DNA from: a virus
Taxonomy: Duplodnaviria; Caudoviricetes
Virus record (IMG/VR): IMGVR_UViG_3300014205_009256
Span: 1-64,000 of that record
Strand: one strand, 5' to 3'
DNA: 64,000 nt
The notes beneath the pieces were generated by a model. The model was not told the DNA's origin, did not search any database, and worked only from the letters and a program-made list of their open reading frames with translations. Both the position numbers and the translations under genes were made by a program. Positions 55,095 to 64,000 of the stretch are shown here, in pieces; within the stretch, counting starts at the first letter, position 1; every line of letters starts with the position of its first letter.

Positions 55095-57568
55095 CCACAC
55101 TGGATACAGCGATTGAATATTGTCGACGGGGGTGGTCGGTCGTTCCGATCCCCTATCGCAGCAAAAACCCCGGCTACACTGCCTGGCAGCAATCCCGCTT
55201 CAAGGAAGATGAACTTGCCGATCAATTTGGCGGTCAGCCAAAGAACATCGGCGTACTGCTGGGCGAGCCATCCGGTTGGCTGATCGACACCGACCTGGAC
55301 CACCCGCGCGCGGTGGAACTGGCAGACCAGCTTCTGCCGCCCACCAACGCCATCTTCGGCAGGCCGGGAAATCCGCGTTCCCACCGGTTGTATGTGGCGA
55401 AGTCGCCCGTGGCGACGAAGAAGCATCGCAGCAAATCCGCCGGCATGATCGTGGAACTGCGGTCGACCGGCCTTCAAACGGTGTTTCCACCCAGCGTTCA
55501 TGAATCGGGCGAACCGATCACGTGGGAACAGGATGACCCGCAACCTGCCGAGGTCGATCCGCAAATCTTGCTCGACGCCATACAGAAGTTGGCGGATACG
55601 GTGAAGATCGAACTGGGCGAACGCGCGACACCCAAGGCCCCCAAGCCTTCACCGGCGAAGCCCAGGGCCACCAACCATCCCCCTCGGTCAAAGGACGCCA
55701 TCGCCTCGTGCGTCGACGCGATGCTCCGCATGACCATGACCGATCACAACGATGGTTCGGGGCGGTTGTTCGCGGCGGCGTGTCGCGTCGTGGAACACAA
55801 TCTGTCTGATTTGGATGGTGTTGCCGCCATCCGCGACTATGCCCGGCAGCGTCCCTTCCCAACCGACTGGACCGATTCCCAAATCGTCGACCGCATCCGT
55901 GACGCCGAAGCCAAGACCCAACGCGGTGTCATTCGCCGCGTCCATGATGACGATGACAAGCCCACCATCCTGATCACCACCGACGAGTACCACGTCGTCT
56001 GCGAAACCATCGCCGCCATGACGGACGATCCGGACATCTACCAGCGCGGCGGCATGCTCGTCCGCGTGCTACGCGATAAACAGCCTCAGGACGGCATCGT
56101 GCGCAGCAGTGGGTCGGCGACCATTGCGGCGTTACCGACGGCCTGCCTGCGTGAACGAATGACCAAGTTCGTCCGCTTCACCAAACTCGTCCGCCAGGGC
56201 GATACCATCACCGAGGTCGCCGCGCATCCCACAACCTGGCTTGTCGCCGCGATGGATGCCCGCAACGACTGGCCGGGCATACGGCATCTGATGGCGGTTT
56301 CGGACTCGCCCATCATCCGGCCCGATGGATCGATCTGGCAGACCCCGGGTTATGACCCAGCGACCGGCGTTCTGTACGAACCATCCGAACAGTTTCCGCC
56401 GATCCCGGACATGCTGACCGCCGAAGACGCCCAGCGCGCGATGCAAAACCTGCTGGAGGTCGTCGGCGATTTTCGCTTTGAAAGCCCCGATCACCGGGCT
56501 GCCTGGCTGGCCGCATTGCTCACGCCCCTGGCCCGATTCGCATTCCTCGGCCCGTCGCCCCTCTTCCTCATCGACGCCAATGTGCGCGGAGCCGGTAAAG
56601 GTCTGCTGGTTCAGGTGATCTCATGGATCGTGCTGGGGCGCGAGATGCCGGTGTTCAGCTACGCCCATGACTCCGAGGAGATGCGTAAGAAGATCACGTC
56701 CATCGCCATCGCCGGCGATCGGCTGGTGTTACTCGATAACCTCGAAGGCAACTTCGGCAACGATGCGCTGGATCGGGCGCTGACCAGCACGCGATGGAAG
56801 GATCGCATCCTCGGCAAGAGCGAACTGGTGGACCTGCCGCTTATGCCCGCGTGGTACGGCACCGGCAACAACGTCGCGGTCGCGGCCGACACCACGCGGC
56901 GCATCATCCACATTCGATTGGATGTGCTGGAAGAACACCCCGAGGATCGTCAGGATTTTCAGCACCCCAACCTCCTGCAATGGGTACGCCAGAATCGCGG
57001 CGCGCTGCTGTGCAATGCGATCACCATTCTGGCCGCGTATTGCCGCGCCGGCAGGCCTGCTCAGAACCTATCCCCATTCGGCAGCTTCGAGGGTTGGTCG
57101 AGCATCGTCCGCGAGGCGGTCGTGTGGGCCGGCCTGCCCGACCCGTGCCGCACACGCACACGTCTGGTGGAGTTCTCGGATACAACCTCCGACGCCATCG
57201 GCCAGCTTGTTCGCGCCTGGCAGGTGTATGACCCCGGTGATCAGGGCCTGGTCGCATCCGACCTGCTGGCGGCGCTCTACCGGCGGGACTTCCAGCCCAG
57301 CGACGACGCCAGTGTCGCCATGCGTGCGGCCATCGAGAACTTCGTCGGCTGTCCGCCGGGCAAAGTCCCCAACGCACGGCAACTCGGCAACAAACTTCGC
57401 GGAGCGCGCCGGCGCGTGATCGCCGGGTTCATGCTGGATACCAACCCCGATGAGCAGCACCGTAACGGCGCTGTGTGGCATGTTCATGCCGCCGAAGGGC
57501 AGAGTGATTTGCGACTCTGCGACTCTGGCGAGTCTTTTTCCACCCCCTTCGCGCGAGAGAGGGAATGA
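55091..57568 (+). CDS. Prim-Pol primase with C-terminal P-loop helicase-like domain
   Basis: YCRRGWSVVPIP..SKNP, DTDLD, H.LY, ELRS...QTV.PPS.H; ANVRGAGKG Walker A-like, LLDN. Confidence 0.85.
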   Translation: MTTLDTAIEYCRRGWSVVPIPYRSKNPGYTAWQQSRFKEDELADQFGGQPKNIGVLLGEPSGWLIDTDLDHPRAVELADQLLPPTNAIFGRPGNPRSHRLYVAKSPVATKKHRSKSAGMIVELRSTGLQTVFPPSVHESGEPITWEQDDPQPAEVDPQILLDAIQKLADTVKIELGERATPKAPKPSPAKPRATNHPPRSKDAIASCVDAMLRMTMTDHNDGSGRLFAAACRVVEHNLSDLDGVAAIRDYARQRPFPTDWTDSQIVDRIRDAEAKTQRGVIRRVHDDDDKPTILITTDEYHVVCETIAAMTDDPDIYQRGGMLVRVLRDKQPQDGIVRSSGSATIAALPTACLRERMTKFVRFTKLVRQGDTITEVAAHPTTWLVAAMDARNDWPGIRHLMAVSDSPIIRPDGSIWQTPGYDPATGVLYEPSEQFPPIPDMLTAEDAQRAMQNLLEVVGDFRFESPDHRAAWLAALLTPLARFAFLGPSPLFLIDANVRGAGKGLLVQVISWIVLGREMPVFSYAHDSEEMRKKITSIAIAGDRLVLLDNLEGNFGNDALDRALTSTRWKDRILGKSELVDLPLMPAWYGTGNNVAVAADTTRRIIHIRLDVLEEHPEDRQDFQHPNLLQWVRQNRGALLCNAITILAAYCRAGRPAQNLSPFGSFEGWSSIVREAVVWAGLPDPCRTRTRLVEFSDTTSDAIGQLVRAWQVYDPGDQGLVASDLLAALYRRDFQPSDDASVAMRAAIENFVGCPPGKVPNARQLGNKLRGARRRVIAGFMLDTNPDEQHRNGAVWHVHAAEGQSDLRLCDSGESFSTPFARERE

Positions 57569-57632
57569 ATATGAAAGTAATAGTAAATATGGAGACGGGC
57601 GGAAACACACTCGCCAGACTCGCAGAGTCGCA
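57510..57632. repeat. 24-bp inverted repeat around an AT-rich core, putative origin of element 2
   Basis: 57510-57533 and 57609-57632 match 23/24 as inverted repeats; built from CGACTCTG units. Confidence 0.65.
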
Positions 57633-57936
57633 GAACCCATCGTTAGCGCCCCCGTCGCGGCACGTTGGCGCACGGGGCGCAAGGGCGCGCAGGTCGGCCT
57701 GCGCGGCCATCCGGGGCCCACCACAGACAGGGGCCAACGTGGGCCAAAAATGCCGTAAATACGGCTACATATCGAGATATTACGATATATTTCTGATTAA
57801 ATGACAAAATGATAAGTCTATATGTAATAGGTACTTGGAAACACTTTTTGCCTCCTGACGCCAGCGGGAACGCCAACCGCGTTAGACAGACTTTCTTGAG
57901 GCAATAAAAAAATATCTCTTTCTTTCTGGCAAACTT

Positions 57937-58509
57937 ATGAATCATCGAATGTTACAACCGATTTCCGACCCGCCCGCGCTGTTGACATTTGCGCTAAAAC
58001 GCCAGTTTTCGTTGATGTTTTGTTGGTGGGAGGGCTGGTCGCTGGCGCGGATGGCGTTTGAGCACGGCATCAGCCGCGCCCGCGTCGCGGCGATCCTGGC
58101 GCAGGTCGGCTGTCGCGCGAGCCAACGACCGAATCGCTTGTTCCGGGGGCGGGGGCGTTGTCCCGATTCCCGGCGTGGTGTTCCCGCCGCGCGTATCGCA
58201 CAAGCCCGCGCCATGCTCCTGCACCCCAAGGCACCGCGTCTGACCGTGCGGCAGCGCGCCGCGACCGCATGGACGGCGATGGGCGTTTCGTCGCGCGACA
58301 TCGCCAAGCGCATGGGCGTGACGGGCCAGCGTGTCAGAAGCATTCTCACAGTGGCGGAGATGCGTTTGCATCGGCACGCAAGCGCCCCCGCCGGTCCAGA
58401 CACCCTTCTCACCGACAACACTCCCATGCCGACGTTGCGCTGGGACGGTCTACTCAAATCCCTTACCGGGCAGCACGCTGCCCACCTGGAGCATGAACAT
58501 GCAGATTGA
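57937..58509 (+). CDS. double-HTH (sigma region 4/LuxR-like) protein
   Basis: GWSLARMA..HGISRARV..IL and LT.RQR......G.S..DIA..MGVT..RV..IL; start uncertain. Confidence 0.65.
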   Translation: MNHRMLQPISDPPALLTFALKRQFSLMFCWWEGWSLARMAFEHGISRARVAAILAQVGCRASQRPNRLFRGRGRCPDSRRGVPAARIAQARAMLLHPKAPRLTVRQRAATAWTAMGVSSRDIAKRMGVTGQRVRSILTVAEMRLHRHASAPAGPDTLLTDNTPMPTLRWDGLLKSLTGQHAAHLEHEHAD

Positions 58510-59872
58510 ACTTCGTCCCATCGATTCCATTCGACCCTATCCCGGCAACCCGCGTGACAACGACGGCGCGGTGGATGCCGTGGCCAACTCGCTGAAAGAG
58601 TTTGGCTTTCGCCAACCGATTGTGGTCGATGCCGACGGCGTCATCATCGTCGGGCACACCCGTTACAAGGCGGCGCTCAAACTCAATCTCAAACAGGTGC
58701 CGGTTCACGTCGCCACTGATCTCACGCCCGCACAGGTGAAGGCGTACCGTATCGCGGACAACGCAACGGGCGAGATCGCCAAGTGGAATTACGAACTGTT
58801 GCCGATTGAGTTGTCGGGTTTGTCGGAGATGAACTTCGACCTCAACTTGCTCGGCTTCGACCCCGAGGAACTGGCACGCCTCACTTCCGGCGATGTGCAA
58901 CAAGGCCTGACCGATCCCGACGATGTTCCGTTGCCGCCCGACGCGGCGACCACGCAACCGGGCGATCTTTGGATACTCGGCAACCATCGTCTGCTCTGCG
59001 GCGACAGTAGCAAGCCCGAAGACCTCGACCGGTTGCTCGACGGCACGGACATTCATCTTGTGAACACCGATCCGCCCTATAACGTCAAGGTCGAACCGCG
59101 CTCCAACAACGCCATCGCCGCCGGTCTGTCCTCGTTCCAGGCGACCAACACGCAGCCCAACTTCCGGGACAACTTCCGGGGGCACCATCAGAGTTTCGAC
59201 GTGGCGCGGCAGGGACCGAAGAAGGCGACGGGCAAAAAGCTGCGAGCCAAGGACCGACCGCTGGCGAACGACTTTGTCAGCGACGCCGACTTCGACCAGA
59301 TGCTCGACGACTGGTTCGGCAACATGGCGCGCGTGCTTCTGCCCGGCCACGGGTTCTACATCTGGGGCGGCTACGCGAATCTCGGCAATTACCCGCCGTA
59401 CCTGAAGAAGCATGAACTGTATTTCAGCCAGGGCATCGTGTGGGATAAACAACACCCCGTGTTGACAAGGAAGGATTTCATGGGGGCGTTTGAGATTTGC
59501 TTCTACGGCTGGCGGGAAGGGGCTGCCCATCGTTACTACGGCCCGAACAACGCGACGGACCTGTGGCATGTGAAGAAAATTCCTCCTCAGCAGATGGAAC
59601 ATTTGACGGCCAAGCCGGCGGAACTGGCGGTGCGTGCGATGCAGTATTCATCCCTGGCTGGCGAGAACGTCCTCGACCTGTTCGGCGGCAGCGGTTCCAC
59701 GCTGATCGCGGCGGAACAGACCGGGCGCCACGCCTACGTCATGGAATTGGACACGCTGTATTGCGATGTCATCGTCGACCGCTTTCAGCGATTCACCGGT
59801 CAAGCCGGCGTGCTGCAGCGCACCGGCGATTCCCCCATTGCCATGAAGGCCCGCGAGGAGGCGATGCGATGA
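58499..59872 (+). CDS. ParB-like domain fused to N6/N4 DNA methyltransferase (orphan)
   Basis: NTDPPY, LDLFGGSGS; highly similar to 6111..7520. Confidence 0.92.
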   Translation: MQIELRPIDSIRPYPGNPRDNDGAVDAVANSLKEFGFRQPIVVDADGVIIVGHTRYKAALKLNLKQVPVHVATDLTPAQVKAYRIADNATGEIAKWNYELLPIELSGLSEMNFDLNLLGFDPEELARLTSGDVQQGLTDPDDVPLPPDAATTQPGDLWILGNHRLLCGDSSKPEDLDRLLDGTDIHLVNTDPPYNVKVEPRSNNAIAAGLSSFQATNTQPNFRDNFRGHHQSFDVARQGPKKATGKKLRAKDRPLANDFVSDADFDQMLDDWFGNMARVLLPGHGFYIWGGYANLGNYPPYLKKHELYFSQGIVWDKQHPVLTRKDFMGAFEICFYGWREGAAHRYYGPNNATDLWHVKKIPPQQMEHLTAKPAELAVRAMQYSSLAGENVLDLFGGSGSTLIAAEQTGRHAYVMELDTLYCDVIVDRFQRFTGQAGVLQRTGDSPIAMKAREEAMR

Positions 59873-60360
59873 GGACCTATCCGACGCCCCGGGGGTCTAT
59901 TTCACCATTCGGTTATCGCCGGATCACTTGCAAGGATCGCAAAAAGCGATTTGAGCATGTCATCGTGTGGGAACGGCACCACGGACCCGTGCCATCGGGC
60001 ATGGAACTGCACCACATCAACGGCGACAAACTCGACAACCGCATCGAAAATCTGATGTTGGTCAATCGCCTGGAACACAAGCGAATTGAAAGCGGGTGCT
60101 ACCGAGTCGATGGGCGATGGTGGAAACGCTGCCGCCGGTGTCGCTGGTATCGCTCGGTCGACACGGAATTCTATACCTATCCCGGCAGCAATGGTGTCAT
60201 GGGATTGTGCAAGCGGTGTGCCGTTGAAGTGGCGATGCAAAACAAACGACGCCGAACGCAACGACGCCAACGCCATCAGATCGAAACGGGTTCAATGCCG
60301 GCCCCGGAGAAAACCTCAACCCCCGCAAGGGTTGAGGTGGATATGGCAGGTGCAAAATGA
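59869..60360 (+). CDS. HNH endonuclease (HNH_3-like)
   Basis: H..VWE...G..P...LHHINGDKLDNRIENL.....EH; C-terminal CRRC...C..C. Confidence 0.85.
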   Translation: MRTYPTPRGSISPFGYRRITCKDRKKRFEHVIVWERHHGPVPSGMELHHINGDKLDNRIENLMLVNRLEHKRIESGCYRVDGRWWKRCRRCRWYRSVDTEFYTYPGSNGVMGLCKRCAVEVAMQNKRRRTQRRQRHQIETGSMPAPEKTSTPARVEVDMAGAK

Positions 60361-60362
60361 TG

Positions 60363-60710
60363 TCAGTACGGCAATTCAGCCAGGAAGCAAAATTCGATCA
60401 TGGCGTCTTCAAACAGCGCCTTGGACGCGGGGTAACTGCGCCGGCCCCGCGTCACCACACAGGTTCGCTCCTTCATGAATTCCAGCGCCACGTTGACCTG
60501 TGTGAAAGGCGCGTCGATGGCCTGGACGAGCGGGTCGAGCGCCACGCCTTCGTCCGCATGTTCTTCAATGGCATGTGCGACGGCTTCGTAGATCGCCCGC
60601 GTGCAGCGGTGGCTGTACGAACGACCGGTGCTGGGGAACACGACCGTGCGGATCAGGTGGTCGTCTTTCACGTCGAAACTGACCTGTCGATCTCGTTGAC
60701 GTGTAGGCAT
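60363..60710 (-). CDS. conserved hypothetical protein
   Basis: Paralog of 5752..6108. Confidence 0.75.
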   Translation of the reverse strand: MPTRQRDRQVSFDVKDDHLIRTVVFPSTGRSYSHRCTRAIYEAVAHAIEEHADEGVALDPLVQAIDAPFTQVNVALEFMKERTCVVTRGRRSYPASKALFEDAMIEFCFLAELPY

Positions 60711-60719
60711 GATGATCTC

Positions 60720-60971
60720 CTATCTGGTCTGAACGATGCCGATGTTGAACTCACGACCGTCCTTCATGCGCACCACAACACCGAAGTCGCTGACTTCCGG
60801 GGGCACCCCCGGAAGTTTGCCTGTCTCGGCGAAGGTGCTCACGCAGTCGATGCCGGTTTGGTAGTCCAGCAGCGGGTACGGCACGGGTATCTGCTGATCG
60901 TCGGTGAAGTCGGCGATGGTGATCGCCGCCAGCAGGTCGTACAAAAGTTGTTGCATGTCTTGGGGTGTCAT
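60720..60971 (-). CDS. small hypothetical protein
   Basis: 83 aa, RBS GAGG, same slot as 5533..5748 but unrelated in sequence. Confidence 0.6.
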   Translation of the reverse strand: MTPQDMQQLLYDLLAAITIADFTDDQQIPVPYPLLDYQTGIDCVSTFAETGKLPGVPPEVSDFGVVVRMKDGREFNIGIVQTR

Positions 60972-60980
60972 GGCGAGACC

Positions 60981-61436
60981 TCACTTGGCATTGATGGTGA
61001 ACAGGCCGCGATCCGTTTTGGTGAACCGGCTGCCCCCGGAAGGGCCCTTGGTCGTGATCTCGCGGAGGATCGCGCTGTAGAGCGTGGCGGCCGGCGTTTT
61101 GCCCTTGGTCTGCCACATGCCCTTGTCGAGCATGGTCTGGACGATGTCTTTGCAGTGCATGGGTTCGCCCTTGTCTTTGAGGACCTGGGCGGCGGCGTCG
61201 AGGCCGCTGACCTTTTTCACCTTGGGCGGCTTGGGTGTTTTGCTTCCGGGGGCCTTGGGCTGCTTGCTCGCCTTCATCGCCTGGTCGATCGGCACACGGT
61301 CGGCAGCGACGGCGTGGGCGTTGGCGGCGGCGTCCTTCGCACGCACCGCTTCGACTGCCGCCTTGGTGTCGACGGGCTTGGCCTTGGGCTTCTTGCTCGT
61401 GGCGGGTTTCTTCGTGGTGGTTTTCTTGGACTTCAT
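60981..61436 (-). CDS. Lys/Ala-rich protein with HARE-HTH-like winged helix
   Basis: Paralog of 4960..5523. Confidence 0.8.
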   Translation of the reverse strand: MKSKKTTTKKPATSKKPKAKPVDTKAAVEAVRAKDAAANAHAVAADRVPIDQAMKASKQPKAPGSKTPKPPKVKKVSGLDAAAQVLKDKGEPMHCKDIVQTMLDKGMWQTKGKTPAATLYSAILREITTKGPSGGSRFTKTDRGLFTINAK

Positions 61437-61496
61437 GATGGAATCTCCTATGGCCGTGTTGGGGCTGGCCGGGCCCGTGGTTTCCGGGGGCGGGGG

Positions 61497-61778
61497 TTAC
61501 AGGCCGACTTCGTCGGCCAGACGGTTGAACTGTTCAGGCCCGCCGAGGGTCTGAATCAGCAGTTCGCTGAACCATTGAACCTGTCGCTGCACGTTGGCGT
61601 CGTTGACGTGGGCCGGCTGGAGGTACGCGATGATCGTGGCGATGGCCTGCGGCGAGAGGTTGTCGCGCAGCGCGTCGGTCAGCAGGTCTTGCGGTTGGGG
61701 ATCGTCGGGAACGCTGACGCGGACGGTGGTGCCGTCGGGTCGCGTGTGCGGGTACGTTTTGGTCTTCGACTTGGTCAT
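61497..61778 (-). CDS. small hypothetical protein
   Basis: 93 aa, AGGAG RBS. Confidence 0.65.
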   Translation of the reverse strand: MTKSKTKTYPHTRPDGTTVRVSVPDDPQPQDLLTDALRDNLSPQAIATIIAYLQPAHVNDANVQRQVQWFSELLIQTLGGPEQFNRLADEVGL

Positions 61779-61808
61779 GACAATCTCCTGCGTATGTGGT
61801 TCGGGGGT

Positions 61809-62012
61809 TCAGACATGGTTGCGGCGGGCTTCAGTGCGCTTGATGCGCCGGTCCAGTTCGCTGGTGACCTGTCCCAATTCGCTTCGGGTCTGTTCGAGCT
61901 TGCGCGTCCAACGGCGCTGGCGGCAGGTCCAGACCTGGCTGACCAACTCGTCGCAGCGTCGGCACAGGTCATGGTCGTTGAGGTCTCGAAGGTTGGTGGT
62001 GTCTCTGGTCAT
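61809..62012 (-). CDS. small coiled-coil hypothetical protein
   Basis: 67 aa, GGAG RBS. Confidence 0.55.
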   Translation of the reverse strand: MTRDTTNLRDLNDHDLCRRCDELVSQVWTCRQRRWTRKLEQTRSELGQVTSELDRRIKRTEARRNHV

Positions 62013-62036
62013 GGCGTGCTCCGGTGGTGGGTGGCT

Positions 62037-62306
62037 TCAGTCCTGAAAGCGTTGCATGTCCCGGAAGTAGTCGTGGACCATGCTGTTGGTGCCGTTACAT
62101 CCGTCGGTGCGTTGCTGGACCTCGACGGCGACCTTGAACAAATCTTCGTCGCCGACGGCGGCGGGCAGTTCCCACGTTTTCCAGACCTGCTGGTGCCGGT
62201 CAGGGTTGCGCAAAACGCTGTCGATGCGGATGGTGGGGCCGCCCGGCGCTTTCTCGATGGTGAGGTGGCCGGCGGCTCCTTCAAATTCGATTCGCGTGAT
62301 CAACAT
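62037..62306 (-). CDS. conserved hypothetical protein
   Basis: Paralog of 4285..4554. Confidence 0.8.
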   Translation of the reverse strand: MLITRIEFEGAAGHLTIEKAPGGPTIRIDSVLRNPDRHQQVWKTWELPAAVGDEDLFKVAVEVQQRTDGCNGTNSMVHDYFRDMQRFQD

Positions 62307-62345
62307 GGTGGTCTCCTGCATGGGTGGGTTCGCGTTCTTACAGGA

Positions 62346-62379
62346 CACATTCAGCCATCGGGGTGGCGGAACATCAAGG
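62346..62379 (-). promoter_or_regulatory. conserved promoter-like module, copy 3 (TTGATG-N16-CTGAAT-GTG)
   Basis: Minus strand gccttgatgttccgccacccgatggctgaatgtg, upstream of the small-gene cluster. Confidence 0.6.
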
Positions 62380-62461
62380 CCTAAATCCAGTAATTCCAGC
62401 TATTTAATATGTACGCGGACGGGCGGGCCGGTCATGCAAAACTCGGTCCAAACGCCGCAGA

Positions 62462-62656
62462 ATGGAGCCGAAAATCGACCCGAATTCTCTCACCCTTACG
62501 GACATGGCCAAGCTGCTGGCGGCGGCGGGCGGCAAACGCATCACCGTCGAGCAGGTCCAGGCGGATGTGGACGCCGGCGCGCCGGTCGGCGCTGACGGCC
62601 GCATGAACCTCGTGCATTACACCGCGTGGCTGCTTCAGAAAGTCCAAGGCCAATGA
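62462..62656 (+). CDS. small HTH-like protein preceding the terminase
   Basis: Paralog of 1..222; ATGA overlap with the next gene. Confidence 0.72.
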   Translation: MEPKIDPNSLTLTDMAKLLAAAGGKRITVEQVQADVDAGAPVGADGRMNLVHYTAWLLQKVQGQ

Positions 62657-64000
62657 CCCCCGGAAGTCACCAACTCGATCCCCGGAATCTGCGCGTGGCC
62701 GAAGCCGTGCGATTGCTCAACGCCACGCCGCTGGGCGAGGTGGTGCAACCGCATGTGGTCTATCGCCATCTGAACCGGGCGGCGTACAAGATCGGCGACG
62801 GCAAACGCATCGACCTGGTGCGCTATGCCGCATGGCTGTTCCATGCAAGACATGAACCTTCCGTGGGTGAACCCGGTTGGACCGAGAGTAATTACGAATC
62901 CCACAAAGATGCGGTCAACGCGCGCAGCCGCGCCAGTTCCGAATCGTCGCGCGACATCGCAAGTGAGGGCTGGGTCCATCCCCCGATGAACCCGGATCGC
63001 AAGGCAGTGTGCTGCTCCAGCTTCCGGGGGTTCTGCGAACAGTATTTTCCGCAGACCTTTCATCTGGCGTGGTCGCAGGACCATCTGAAGGTGATCGCCA
63101 AGATCGAGAATGCGGTTCTGGGCGGCGGGCTGTTTGCGATGGCGATGCCGCGCGGGTCGGGCAAAACGACGTTGTGCGAGACGGCGTGTCTGTGGGCGAT
63201 GGTATATGGCCATCAGGAGTTCGTAGCGCTGATCGGGTCGGATGAAGATCACGCAGCGGACATGCTGGATGCGATCAAGAGTGAACTGGAGAACAACGAT
63301 CTGCTGGAGGAGGATTTTAGTGAAGTGTGCGGGCCGATTCGCGCTTTGGAGGGGATTCATCAGCGGGCGGCCGGTCAGTTGTATCAAGGCGCGCGGACGC
63401 ATGTGGGCTGGACGGCGAAGGAGATTATTCTGCCGACGGTGCCGGGCAGCCCCGGATCGGGTGCCATCATTCGTGTGGCAGGCATCACCGGTCGCATCCG
63501 TGGTATGAAGTTCAAGCGGCCCGACGGCAAGAGCGTGCGGCCGTCTCTGGTGTTGTTGGATGATCCGCAGACCGACGAATCGGCACGCAGCCCCAGTCAG
63601 TGCGCGACGCGCGAGCAGATTCTGGCCGGCGCGATCCTCGGCCTGGCCGGACCCGGGCACAAGATCGCGGGACTGATGACGCTGACGGTGGTGCGACCCG
63701 ATGATATGGCCGACCGGATTCTGGACCGAGATAAGCATCCGCAGTGGCAGGGAGAGCGGACGAAGATGGTCTATGCCTTCCCCGCCCCCGGAAGTAAGGG
63801 CGAAAAACTCTGGCAGCAATATGCGCAAGTCCGCGCCGAGGGCCTGCGGAATGATCGCGGCGTCGAGGATGCGACGGAGTTCTATCGCAAACATCAGGAC
63901 CAGATGGACGAGGGCGTCGAGGTCGCCTGGCCGGAACGTCACAACCCCGACGAGTTGAGCGCGATCCAGCACGCGATGAATCTCAAACTCGATCAGGGCG
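62653..64000 (+). CDS. phage terminase large subunit-like ATPase (partial, runs off the window)
   Basis: Translated by hand: MTPGSHQLDP...AMAMPRGSGKTT (Walker A)...LVLLDDPQ (Walker B); open to the window end, so absent from the ORF track. Confidence 0.8.
   Translation, partial: MTPGSHQLDPRNLRVAEAVRLLNATPLGEVVQPHVVYRHLNRAAYKIGDGKRIDLVRYAAWLFHARHEPSVGEPGWTESNYESHKDAVNARSRASSESSRDIASEGWVHPPMNPDRKAVCCSSFRGFCEQYFPQTFHLAWSQDHLKVIAKIENAVLGGGLFAMAMPRGSGKTTLCETACLWAMVYGHQEFVALIGSDEDHAADMLDAIKSELENNDLLEEDFSEVCGPIRALEGIHQRAAGQLYQGARTHVGWTAKEIILPTVPGSPGSGAIIRVAGITGRIRGMKFKRPDGKSVRPSLVLLDDPQTDESARSPSQCATREQILAGAILGLAGPGHKIAGLMTLTVVRPDDMADRILDRDKHPQWQGERTKMVYAFPAPGSKGEKLWQQYAQVRAEGLRNDRGVEDATEFYRKHQDQMDEGVEVAWPERHNPDELSAIQHAMNLKLDQG

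Larger units (their letters stand above)
45330..64000 (+). mobile_element. Element 2: prophage-like integrative element with DUF2924 and serine recombinase (continues past the window; left boundary approximate)
   Basis: Integration module, sigma-like gene, primase, ParB-MTase, HNH, reverse small-gene cluster, terminase-like gene. Confidence 0.82.

Noticed and set aside
60357-62384. 675-aa plus-strand ORF
   Set aside because: Shadow of the minus-strand small-gene cluster.

Overview
GC-rich bacterial DNA, probably from Planctomycetota (inferred from gene families, not proven). The window is entirely mobile or accessory. It holds two diverged sister prophage-like integrative elements lying back to back. 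Element 1 spans about 1-34.4 kb with its core on the minus strand. Element 2 spans about 45.3-64 kb with its core on the plus strand, and begins with DUF2924 and a large serine recombinase. Both follow the same plan: tandem large variable proteins sharing a C-terminal wHTH-like domain, a small GGENGPRAE gene, a sigma-like gene, a primase with an origin-like repeat cluster, a ParB-methyltransferase, an opposite-strand cluster of small genes, then a small HTH gene and terminase. Defence genes fill the middle: a type I RM locus with two HsdM genes, AIPR and an extra nuclease, an XRE/ImmA pair, a Lamassu/ABC-3C-like pair (nitrilase-fold effector plus Rad50-like ATPase) and a type ISP RM enzyme. 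An IS110-family (IS1111-type) element sits at 2019-3779. Its 3' noncoding region contains a readable bridge-RNA-like target loop whose guides match its own insertion site, which is a conserved promoter motif of this element family. The best novelty candidates are (i) the domain-shuffled wHTH protein pairs with phased repeats upstream of the replication operon, (ii) the bridge-RNA-like loop aimed at the element promoter, (iii) a 13-bp motif shared by the XRE and RM promoters, (iv) the nitrilase-effector Lamassu-like pair with a fused extra domain, and (v) a degenerate tRNA(CAT)-like element. No CRISPR array, rRNA or reverse transcriptase was seen. All family calls come from motif recognition by eye; no database search was run.
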